A stretch of 64,000 bases of DNA from Spirochaetia bacterium. Its GTDB lineage: Bacteria; Spirochaetota; Spirochaetia; CAKZLE01. The stretch covers positions 9,457-73,456 of the forward strand of contig JAIPFY010000001.1 of assembly GCA_021736385.1 (NCBI GenBank), given 5' to 3'. The position numbers and the translations under genes were made by a program. Position 1 is the stretch's first letter, and each line of letters starts with the position of its first letter. Positions 28,561 through 36,829 of this stretch are shown piece after piece. The notes under the pieces are model-generated. The model had not been told where the DNA came from, ran no database searches, and worked only from the letters and a program-made list of their open reading frames with translations.

Positions 28561-29321
28561 TCGCCGATGATGAGGCTCCTGCACGAAGAGAGATCAGAAG
28601 GCTCCTGCAGAACGAGCAGGACATGCTCATCATACATGAGTCTGATAACGGGATCGATGCCTATGAGCAGGCTCTCATGCAGCGCCCCGATATCGTCTTC
28701 CTCGACATGCAGATGCCTGGGATGACCGGTATCGAAGTCGCTCAGGGGTTTCTCACCCATGAGTACGTTCCGCTGATCGTCTTCATCACCGCTTATGACA
28801 GCTATGCGGTAGAGGCGTTTGACCTGCACGCGGTGGACTATCTGCTCAAGCCCATGCATGAGCAGCGGTTCCACCGGATGCTCACCCGCATACGGGAGCG
28901 ACTCGCAGCACAGGCCGGGCAGCAGCTCGATACATCCAGACTGCAGGAACTGCTGCAGCAGCTGCATACCGACAGCGGCAGTCCTTCTGCAAAGAGGATC
29001 TCGGTCTTCAAGGGAGAGAAGATCATCCCGCTGAAGATACAGGACATCCTCTTCGCCGAGGCAAAGGGGCGTTCCTGCATGATCTATACCGCTGATGCGG
29101 AGTACCGCAGTTCCTACCTGATGTATGAACTGCAGCAGATCCTCACCATGCCGATGTTCTATCACTCTCACCGCTCATACCTGATCAATCTTGACCGGAT
29201 CGCTTCGATCGAGATCTGGTTCAACAACACCTATCGGGTCATGATGGAGGGCCGGGATGAGCACATACCGGTAAGCAGAGGGAACACGGCAGAATTCAGG
29301 GAACTGATGAATCTGGTCTGA
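28518..29321 (+). CDS. LytTR-family response regulator (REC + LytTR DNA-binding domain)
   Basis: Receiver LRILIADDEAPARREI...DIVFLDMQMPGMTG with a C-terminal LytTR domain (ISVFKGEKIIPLKIQDILFAEAKGRSCMIYT...HRSYLINLDRI). Overlaps the kinase gene. Confidence 0.85.
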   Translation: MDDHTRRGTDLRILIADDEAPARREIRRLLQNEQDMLIIHESDNGIDAYEQALMQRPDIVFLDMQMPGMTGIEVAQGFLTHEYVPLIVFITAYDSYAVEAFDLHAVDYLLKPMHEQRFHRMLTRIRERLAAQAGQQLDTSRLQELLQQLHTDSGSPSAKRISVFKGEKIIPLKIQDILFAEAKGRSCMIYTADAEYRSSYLMYELQQILTMPMFYHSHRSYLINLDRIASIEIWFNNTYRVMMEGRDEHIPVSRGNTAEFRELMNLV

Positions 29322-29338
29322 TTCACAGCTGTCTACCA

Positions 29339-29370
29339 TTCATGCAGCAGATTTGACATCTCATGCAGCA
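29339..29370 (+). promoter_or_regulatory. Direct repeats TTCATGCAGCA(g) / TCATGCAGCA(c), 21-22 bp start-to-start; candidate LytTR regulator binding site upstream of cstA, with an extended -10 (TGcTATATT) ~25 bp downstream
   Basis: Repeats at 29339-29349 and 29361-29370, with tgcTATATT at 29396-29404. The architecture matches LytTR-type (AgrA/BtsR-like) sites. Confidence 0.35.
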
Positions 29371-29538
29371 CCAAGCCCTTCTGAGAATCCACTCATGCTA
29401 TATTCCCTCCCATAGTTCATAGACAGATGCACCGGAAGATGGGGAACAGGCTGTACGATCCGCAGATCCTTCGATCTCCAACCGTCTTGACACGGGGTCG
29501 TTCCCCACCTTCAGGGCATCTGAACAAGAGGAGGAATC

Positions 29539-30969
29539 ATGGTAAGTTTCATCGCATCACTGGCAATCCTGATCATCGGCTATTTCACCTACGGCGTGGT
29601 AGTAGAGAGGATCTTCGGCATCGATACCAAGCGGACGACCCCGGCTGTCGCTCTGGAAGACGGGGTAGATTATGTACCCATGAAATGGAACAAGATCTTT
29701 CTGATCCAGTTCCTGAACATCGCCGGTCTCGGACCGATCTTCGGCGCAGTCATGGGAGCGCTCTTCGGTCCTGCAGCGTTTCTGTGGATCGTGTTCGGCA
29801 CGCTGTTCGCAGGAGGGGTCCATGACTTCCTCTCAGGCATGATGAGCATGCGTCATGACGGGAAGAGTATCCCCGAGATCGTGGGGATCTACCTCGGGGA
29901 CAAGATGCGCATGGTCATGCGGGGCTTCTCGATCATCCTGCTGATCCTTGTCGGTACGGTCTTCATGGCCGGTCCTGCAGGCCTTCTGGCGAACCTCGGG
30001 TTCAGCGGTATCTTCGCGAACAAGTTCTTCTGGGTCGTCCTCATCCTGATCTACTACTTCATCGCCACGATCCTGCCGGTCGATAAGGTGATCGCACGGA
30101 TCTATCCGCTCTTCGGGGCAGCTCTGCTGATCATGGCAGTGGGAGTCGGCGGTATGCTGATCATCACAGGAGCTCCGATCCCGGAGATCTCCCTGACCAA
30201 CATGCATCCTGCAAGCCTCTCGATGTGGCCGATGCTCTTCATCACGATCGCCTGTGGAGCTATCAGCGGATTCCATGCTACTCAGTCCCCGCTCATGGCT
30301 CGATGTCTGGAGAACGAATCCTATGGAAGGAAGATCTTCTACGGGGCTATGGTCAGTGAAGGAGCGGTCGCTCTCGTCTGGGCTGCAGCTGCCATGGCAT
30401 TCTTCCCCAATGGGATCCTTGGCTTGAGCGAGGTCGTAAACCAGGGTGGTGCAGGTCTTGTAGTGAACCAGATCTCTCTCGGGCTCCTCGGTCCTGTCGG
30501 TGGCGTACTGGCCATGCTGGGCGTCATCGCCTGCCCGATCACCTCCGGTGATACGGCCTTCAGAAGCACCCGTCTGATCCTCGGTGATATCTTCAACATG
30601 AGTCAGGACAGCATCAAGAACCGCCTGTTCCTTGCGATCCCCATCCTGGGTATCGGATTCGGTCTGAACTACATCGACTTCTCCATCATCTGGAGATACT
30701 TCGCCTGGTCCAACCAGACCCTTGCTACCATCGTCCTCTGGACCGGTGCGGTCTACCTCTACCGGAACGGACGCATCCACTGGATGGCTACGATCCCCGC
30801 CACCTTCATGACCGCAGTGGTCACCACCTATATCTTCCAGGCTCCTGAAGGTCTGAGACTCTCGACCTCCATCAGCTACCCTGTCGGTATCGCTGCAGCA
30901 GCAGCAGCGTTCATAGCCTTCATGCTCTTCGTCAGAAAGCAGGAGACTCCCGCCCTGAGCAGAAGCTGA
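29539..30969 (+). CDS. cstA: CstA-family carbon starvation / pyruvate-peptide transporter
   Basis: 476 aa, multi-TM, with the typical CstA N-terminus (MVSFIASLAILIIGYFTYGVVVERIFGIDTKRTTPA). AGGAGGAatc RBS. It lies downstream of the LytS/LytTR pair, the arrangement seen for BtsSR-BtsT. Confidence 0.85.
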   Translation: MVSFIASLAILIIGYFTYGVVVERIFGIDTKRTTPAVALEDGVDYVPMKWNKIFLIQFLNIAGLGPIFGAVMGALFGPAAFLWIVFGTLFAGGVHDFLSGMMSMRHDGKSIPEIVGIYLGDKMRMVMRGFSIILLILVGTVFMAGPAGLLANLGFSGIFANKFFWVVLILIYYFIATILPVDKVIARIYPLFGAALLIMAVGVGGMLIITGAPIPEISLTNMHPASLSMWPMLFITIACGAISGFHATQSPLMARCLENESYGRKIFYGAMVSEGAVALVWAAAAMAFFPNGILGLSEVVNQGGAGLVVNQISLGLLGPVGGVLAMLGVIACPITSGDTAFRSTRLILGDIFNMSQDSIKNRLFLAIPILGIGFGLNYIDFSIIWRYFAWSNQTLATIVLWTGAVYLYRNGRIHWMATIPATFMTAVVTTYIFQAPEGLRLSTSISYPVGIAAAAAAFIAFMLFVRKQETPALSRS

Positions 30970-31297
30970 AGATAGGGGAACTTACGTTCCCGCCGATGAC
31001 CGAAAGAGGCCCAGCTCATACGGGGATCCCCCCCCCCGTACGCTGGGTCTCTTCTCGCTTCATGCATCCACGTTCGTCCCTCTTCATGCATGTCCGTTCG
31101 TATGCTTCTGCATCTCCTGCTGCCTGGTCCATACCCCACTCTGTTTCCCTGCGCTCCCCTCTGTACTCTATGCAGCCCGCTCTCAGCCGCTCTGCACGCA
31201 GAGGTCAGAACGGTCCCGCCCCGCTCCAGATCTGGTTGCATCATAGACTGATGCAGGGTTGCCAGCAGGCTTTACCTCGTTTCCTGTGATCCTGTTG

Positions 31298-31326
31298 TTG
31301 CATGCAGGGCAAAGAGCAGGTATAGT
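31298..31326 (+). promoter_or_regulatory. Candidate sigma70-type promoter of the chemosensory operon (-35 TTGCAT, 17-nt spacer, -10 TATAGT)
   Basis: ttgcat-gcagggcaaagagcagg-tatagt lies ~30 nt upstream of GGGAGG-acag-ATG (31358). This supports choosing 31358 as the cheW start. Confidence 0.35.
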
Positions 31327-31357
31327 AATGAGAACAGACCCGGTTCAGGGAGGACAG

Positions 31358-31855
31358 ATGACTGATTCAGACAGAGAAGTACCTGAGGCCTCCTGGCTCA
31401 GTGAAGAACAGAGCAGTCCCTTTCTCATATTCGAACTTGCCTCCTCACTGTTCGCCATCTCCTCTCAGACGGCAGTGAAGGTACGCCCCTATATTCACAT
31501 CACCTATGTACCGGGCACTCCAGATCATATCCTCGGCATCATCCACATCCGCGGGGAGATCGAGTCCATCGTCGATCTGCGAAGGCTCTTCGGTATGCCG
31601 GTGAAGGAACCGGGGAACGATTCCAGGATCATCATCCTGCGCACCGATTCCCTTCAGACGGGGATCCTTGTAGACCATCTGGAAGATATCATCTCCATCC
31701 CGGTCTCTGAGATCTCATCGGTCCTCCCCTCTCTGCCTGAAGCGATCACCCATCTGGTACAGGGAGAGTTCCTGTATGCCGGCCGTCATGTCATGATCAT
31801 CGATCCTGATCGTCTTGCAGGACAGGTGCTCGGAGATCAGTATGATCAGAGATGA
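31358..31855 (+). CDS. cheW: CheW-like coupling protein 1
   Basis: CheW-domain sequence (FLIFELASSLFAISSQTAVKVRPY...LGIIHIRGEIESIVDLRRLFGM) with a strong GGGAGG RBS; earlier in-frame ATGs lack an RBS. Confidence 0.75.
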   Translation: MTDSDREVPEASWLSEEQSSPFLIFELASSLFAISSQTAVKVRPYIHITYVPGTPDHILGIIHIRGEIESIVDLRRLFGMPVKEPGNDSRIIILRTDSLQTGILVDHLEDIISIPVSEISSVLPSLPEAITHLVQGEFLYAGRHVMIIDPDRLAGQVLGDQYDQR

Positions 31856-32255
31856 TCTGCCTGCGAGCTATCTGCTGTGCAGTATCCTCACGGTCCCCAT
31901 GGCCATCGATATCGCACAGGTCCGTGAGATGCTCTCTGTCAGAGCTGCTGACGACACACAGCTGCAGGTGATGCGTCTTGAACAGCTTGCTGCGTTCAGC
32001 GGACACGCCGCATCAGCGATAGATGAGAAACTGCTCAGACTGGCAGCCTTTCCCGACAGGGCGCTTCTGATCAACTCACCTGGAGCGATCATCGAAAGCA
32101 GCAGCACTCAACGGTACAGCCTGCCGCCGCTGATCCGTTCAGTCATTCGCACCCGTTCGATCGGATCGATCCTGATCTATCAGGACCGGTCCTACTGCAC
32201 CCTTGACCTTGAATCACTTGCCCGAGAATATCCGAAACCGGAGGAGTCCCTATGA
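31842..32255 (+). CDS. cheW: CheW-like coupling protein 2 (divergent)
   Basis: ATG at 31842 with GGAG RBS, overlapping the cheW1 end. It contains a CheW-like core (SYLLCSILTVPMAIDIAQVREM...). A second CheW as in Wsp systems (WspB/WspD). Confidence 0.55.
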   Translation: MIRDDLPASYLLCSILTVPMAIDIAQVREMLSVRAADDTQLQVMRLEQLAAFSGHAASAIDEKLLRLAAFPDRALLINSPGAIIESSSTQRYSLPPLIRSVIRTRSIGSILIYQDRSYCTLDLESLAREYPKPEESL

Positions 32256-34294
32256 AATCATTGCTTAAGAACAGCCTGAGGAACAAGCTGCTGTTCAGCC
32301 TGTTCCTGATCTGTTTCGTTCCCACCGCACTGGTCGGACTGCTGAACTTTGAGTACAGCCGACTGGAGGAACGAACCAACATCTTCTCCGAACTCAATGA
32401 GATCAACCGATCCAAGAGTCTGCAGATCACCGAACACCTTACCGATCAGATCTACCGGGCTCAGGCCCTGGCAGAGTTCAGTGAGGTCGAATCGTTCATC
32501 ACGGCGGTCTCAGAGCTCCCGCAGGGGCTCTCTGCAGAAGAGACGATCGCACAGACCCGGCAGATCGCAGAACGATCCCGCAGGGATCTTGAACGCATCC
32601 TCGGATCCTCCGGGTTCAATGCCATGGTCCTCCTCTCCGCAACGAATGGGACCGTGCTCTTCGGCAGTGCTGATGCACCGATCAAAACCGGGGAGCGCAT
32701 TTCGGCTCTGGGTACCGACCATATGCTCTATGAGACCTGGAGTTCAGTCAAAGGCAGAGAGCAGACGATCCTGCACGATGCCGTACTCTCTGAGAACTCA
32801 GGTCTTAGCCTGGCAGTCGGGGTCCCGGTGTATGACCGGATGGGACTCTTCTCACAGATCCTGGTCCTCTCCCTGCCGATGGAGCAGATCGAGCTGATCA
32901 CTGCCATCGAGTTCGGCAGATATGCTTCCAGGGAATCCTACCTCATAGATAGTGACAGCAGGGTGCTCACCTCCCCCCGATTCCCTGCCGGTGCGAAGCG
33001 TATCGGGAGTATCTATGATGCCGATTACATGAGTGGAGCTCTTGCAGAAGAGACCTCCATCGAGGTGATCGACAGCACAGAAGATGGGAAACCAGTCATC
33101 CTCGCAGCACAGGAGATCGATCTGAGCGTGATCAAGGGGGCAGAGGCTGCATTCACCTGGCATATCATCACGCAGATGGACAGGGCCGAGATGTCCGCAC
33201 CTGCTGTAGCCCGTGCAGGATTCACGATCCTCTTTCTCATCACGGTGGTACTGATCGTGCTGGTGATCGGATTCTTCCTCATCAGGAGAGCAATAGAACC
33301 GCTGATGCATCTCACAGGAGAGGTCAACAGACTCTCAGAGGGGTATCTTGACATCCATCTTCCCACCGACCGCACCGATGAGATCGGCATGCTGCTCAAG
33401 CACACCGACTTCATGGTTGAGCGGATCACCGAGGTGGTCAAAGCGATCGAGGAGACGATCGCACAGACGAACTCCATCGGCTCTACGATCGCCGCCAGTG
33501 TCCAGCAGCAGTCATCCATCGCAGTCGAGCAGGCCGGTTCGATCACTGAGATCTCTTCGACCATGGATGAGTTCACCTCCTCCTTCGCTCAGGTCTCAGA
33601 GAATGTGAAGTCAGTCTCACAGATGTCTGAGAACATCTACACCTATATCACCGAGAGCTCTCAGCTCATCGAATCCATGGCTGATAAGATCCGTGATATC
33701 AACGTCGACAACGACCGTGACATCGCGAACATCATGGAACTCAAACAGCGTTCCAAGGATGTGGCGAAGGTCATGGAGATCATCAATGGCATATCGGATC
33801 AGACGAAGATCATCGCCTTCAATGCAGCCCTCGAGGCATCGAGTGCAGGAGAGGCCGGCAAGCGCTTCGGGGTGGTAGCTGCCGAGATCAGGAAACTGAC
33901 CGAGAGTGTCATCGATTCCACTTCGCAGATCGACAAGATCATCTCAGAGATCCAGAATCTTGCCGATCAGATGGTCCTCGCATCAGAGAAGACCACGAAG
34001 AACATTCAGAAGGGCCTTGAGTACTCATCAAGTTCTGTCGAGAACATCGAATTCATGGTGGAGAGCATCAGGACCACCAAAGAGGCTTCCCAGCAGATCA
34101 CACTCTCTGTGCAGCAGCAGCAGACCGCTGCCGGTCAGATCCAGACCGGACTGCAGGAACTCTCGACCGGGGCTCAGCAGAACAGTGAGGCTATCGGCGC
34201 ACTCAATGAGACAGGGAATGAGTTCAAGAGGATCGGCAGACAGCTGACCCTGCTGATCAAGCGTTTCAAATTCACCAGCACTGATATGAAATAG
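32252..34294 (+). CDS. Methyl-accepting chemotaxis protein with periplasmic dCache-like sensor, HAMP and MCP signalling domains
   Basis: 680 aa: N-terminal TM, a double-Cache-like periplasmic region, a second TM, HAMP, and a highly conserved signalling region (IAFNAALEASSAGEAGKRFGVVAAEIRKLTE). Confidence 0.85.
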   Translation: MKSLLKNSLRNKLLFSLFLICFVPTALVGLLNFEYSRLEERTNIFSELNEINRSKSLQITEHLTDQIYRAQALAEFSEVESFITAVSELPQGLSAEETIAQTRQIAERSRRDLERILGSSGFNAMVLLSATNGTVLFGSADAPIKTGERISALGTDHMLYETWSSVKGREQTILHDAVLSENSGLSLAVGVPVYDRMGLFSQILVLSLPMEQIELITAIEFGRYASRESYLIDSDSRVLTSPRFPAGAKRIGSIYDADYMSGALAEETSIEVIDSTEDGKPVILAAQEIDLSVIKGAEAAFTWHIITQMDRAEMSAPAVARAGFTILFLITVVLIVLVIGFFLIRRAIEPLMHLTGEVNRLSEGYLDIHLPTDRTDEIGMLLKHTDFMVERITEVVKAIEETIAQTNSIGSTIAASVQQQSSIAVEQAGSITEISSTMDEFTSSFAQVSENVKSVSQMSENIYTYITESSQLIESMADKIRDINVDNDRDIANIMELKQRSKDVAKVMEIINGISDQTKIIAFNAALEASSAGEAGKRFGVVAAEIRKLTESVIDSTSQIDKIISEIQNLADQMVLASEKTTKNIQKGLEYSSSSVENIEFMVESIRTTKEASQQITLSVQQQQTAAGQIQTGLQELSTGAQQNSEAIGALNETGNEFKRIGRQLTLLIKRFKFTSTDMK

Positions 34295-34313
34295 ATCGTG
34301 GGAGGATGACTGC

Positions 34314-35354
34314 ATGAAGCGAACCGGTATCCTGATCGTTGATGACAGTGCTTTTGCCAGATCACTGATCAGGGAGATCATCGGCAGTGCCCCTGACCTT
34401 CAGGTGATCGGAGAGGCTGCCGACGGTGTACAGGCGGTACGGATGAACAGCGAACTGCACCCGGACCTGATCACCCTCGATATCACCATGCCGGTGATGG
34501 GGGGGCTTGAGGCCATCGAGCAGATCATGGCCACGGCTCCGGTTCCCATCCTGGTGCTGACCTCGTTGACCGATGCCGATACGGCTTTCCAGGCTATCTC
34601 ACGGGGAGCTCTGGAAGTAGCTAAGAAACCACAGGCCGCAGAGGCCGACCGGGTATCCCTGATCGCCAAGATCTCGCTGCTTGCCAAAGTGCCGGTCATC
34701 AGGCATATGAGAAGATCCTCCCAGAGGAGTCCGATCTCGCCTCCTGTGCTGCCGAGACCACTGCAGGGCAGCACAGGCAGGTCCATCATCGCTATCGCCG
34801 CATCGACCGGCGGGCCGAAGGCTCTGGCCGGACTGTTCGGCCGGATGCCTGCAGACATCCCTGCCCCCATTCTCATCGCACAGCACATCGGTGGTGGATT
34901 CTCTGCCGGCCTCGTCTCCTGGCTCAATCAGGTCTCGCCGCTGCAGGTGACCACCGCACACCATCATGAGCAGGTCCTTGACGGCCATGCCTATATCGCC
35001 CCTGATGGATTCCATATCGAGATCGACCCCTTCTCCTGCATCCGGCTCACCCGATCAGAGCCGTCCGATCCCTACACCCCTTCCTGCGACCGGCTCTTCA
35101 CCTCCCTCGCCTCTTATATCAGGACCCATGCCGTCGGCATCATCCTCTCGGGGATGGGATCTGATGGTACGAAGGGGCTCACAGCGCTTCATGAGGCAGG
35201 AGGACGTACCATCGCTCAGGATGAGGAGAGTTCAGTGATCTTCGGTATGCCCAAAGCAGCCATCGAAGCCCGCTGCGTCGATTCCATCCTTCCCCTGGAT
35301 GCCATCGCGGCACAGATCCTCGCTATCATCCGCTACCGGGGCTCACTCTCATGA
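34314..35354 (+). CDS. cheB: Chemotaxis response regulator protein-glutamate methylesterase CheB (REC + CheB_methylest)
   Basis: GILIVDDSAFARSLIREII...DLITLDITMPVMGG receiver and a methylesterase domain (IAIAASTGGPKAL, GMGSDGTKGL). Confidence 0.85.
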   Translation: MKRTGILIVDDSAFARSLIREIIGSAPDLQVIGEAADGVQAVRMNSELHPDLITLDITMPVMGGLEAIEQIMATAPVPILVLTSLTDADTAFQAISRGALEVAKKPQAAEADRVSLIAKISLLAKVPVIRHMRRSSQRSPISPPVLPRPLQGSTGRSIIAIAASTGGPKALAGLFGRMPADIPAPILIAQHIGGGFSAGLVSWLNQVSPLQVTTAHHHEQVLDGHAYIAPDGFHIEIDPFSCIRLTRSEPSDPYTPSCDRLFTSLASYIRTHAVGIILSGMGSDGTKGLTALHEAGGRTIAQDEESSVIFGMPKAAIEARCVDSILPLDAIAAQILAIIRYRGSLS

Positions 35355-36784
35355 CCGGGTCTGTCGAACACCCGCTGATCACCGCCCGGATCAAAGCCCT
35401 CACCGGGACTTCCCTGCGCCATGTCTCCGTCTCAGCCCTCGATCGGCTGATCGGTTCGATGATGGACAGCTGCAGCTGTACCAGTGAGGCAGAGTTCCTC
35501 AGCAAGCTGCAGCACACCCCCTCGCTGCAGGAACAGCTCATCCACGCATCGACGGTCAAGGAGACCTACTTCTTCAGAGAACCGGCGACCATAGAGATGG
35601 TGATGAGATCGGTCATGCCGAGGCTGCTGGCAGCAGGGGATTCTGTCAGGATCCTCAGTGCCGGCTGCTCTTCAGGGGCAGAGGCCTACTCGCTGGCTAT
35701 GGCCATCGATCAGACCTTCGGATCTGCCGTCCTGAGGCAGTGCACCATCGAAGGGATCGATGTAGACCCCTTATCGGTACGTGCTGCAGAGGCAGCCCGC
35801 TACTCGGATCATACGCTTCGGGGACTCTCGAAGCAGGTCTACCGCACCTACTTCACTGCAGCAGGAGTCCACGAACACCAGGTCCGAGATCATATACGAA
35901 AGCGAGTCAGTTTTCAGACAGCGAACCTTGCTGATGCTCAGCAGCTCTCGAAGCTCGGATCCTATGATATCATCTTCTACCGTAATGTATCGATCTACTT
36001 CGATCAGCAGACCCGCACGACGGTATTCACCAACCTGGCAGAGCTGCTGAAGCCTCAGGGAGTCCTGTGCACCAGTCCCTCTGAGACCTTCTCCCATACC
36101 ATCGGGGTCCTGCACCTGGTACATGAGCAGGCTGTCTTCTATTTCAGCAAAACCCCATCTGAGCCGGCACCGCAGCCGGTCGCTGCTCCTGCAGGTCGAC
36201 CACAGAGAGTCCACAGAACGAGAGAGACGCAGGTAAAACGGGAACAGAATCCTCGTCGGACACCGAAGAGAACGAACACCTCCTCACCCACTCTCGAGCA
36301 GGTGATCGGACTCTCACGTGCAGGGGATCATGCACGAGCCCTCGGACTCATCGAACAGCTGGATACAGAGGATCACCGGGTCAAGATCGTGCATGCCGGC
36401 ATCCTTCTGGAGATCAATCGATCAACAGAGGCCATGAACCTCTGCCGTGCCCTGATCGAAGCCGATCCGATGCTTCTCGAACCCCATATCCATCTTGCAC
36501 TGATCCACCGATCGCAGGATGATCCTGCACAGGCTCTGCAGGAACTGAAGATCGCCCTCTACATCGAACCCTCGTGCTGGGTCGCCCTGTTCCACGCTGC
36601 TGAGATCTATCGTAAGCAGGGGCAGGATGCCCTTGCCCTGCGGGACTACCGCAGGACGCTCGCTGCCGTCGCATCAGGGGTCTACCATCAGGAGCTGATG
36701 ATCAGCACGATAGATGACCATTCAAAACAGCAGATCATACGATTATGCACGCACCATATCGAACAGATGACGCTCAGATCGTGA
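35351..36784 (+). CDS. cheR: Chemotaxis methyltransferase CheR with C-terminal TPR-repeat extension (WspC-like)
   Basis: CheR SAM-methyltransferase core (VRILSAGCSSGAEAYSLAMAI, DIIFYRNVSIYF) plus a ~180-aa TPR-like helical C-terminus. ATGA overlap with cheB. Confidence 0.8.
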   Translation: MTGSVEHPLITARIKALTGTSLRHVSVSALDRLIGSMMDSCSCTSEAEFLSKLQHTPSLQEQLIHASTVKETYFFREPATIEMVMRSVMPRLLAAGDSVRILSAGCSSGAEAYSLAMAIDQTFGSAVLRQCTIEGIDVDPLSVRAAEAARYSDHTLRGLSKQVYRTYFTAAGVHEHQVRDHIRKRVSFQTANLADAQQLSKLGSYDIIFYRNVSIYFDQQTRTTVFTNLAELLKPQGVLCTSPSETFSHTIGVLHLVHEQAVFYFSKTPSEPAPQPVAAPAGRPQRVHRTRETQVKREQNPRRTPKRTNTSSPTLEQVIGLSRAGDHARALGLIEQLDTEDHRVKIVHAGILLEINRSTEAMNLCRALIEADPMLLEPHIHLALIHRSQDDPAQALQELKIALYIEPSCWVALFHAAEIYRKQGQDALALRDYRRTLAAVASGVYHQELMISTIDDHSKQQIIRLCTHHIEQMTLRS

Positions 36785-36829
36785 GAGTCAATCGAACCCG
36801 AAGAGACTGCAGAGCGGTAAGGAGAGTTT

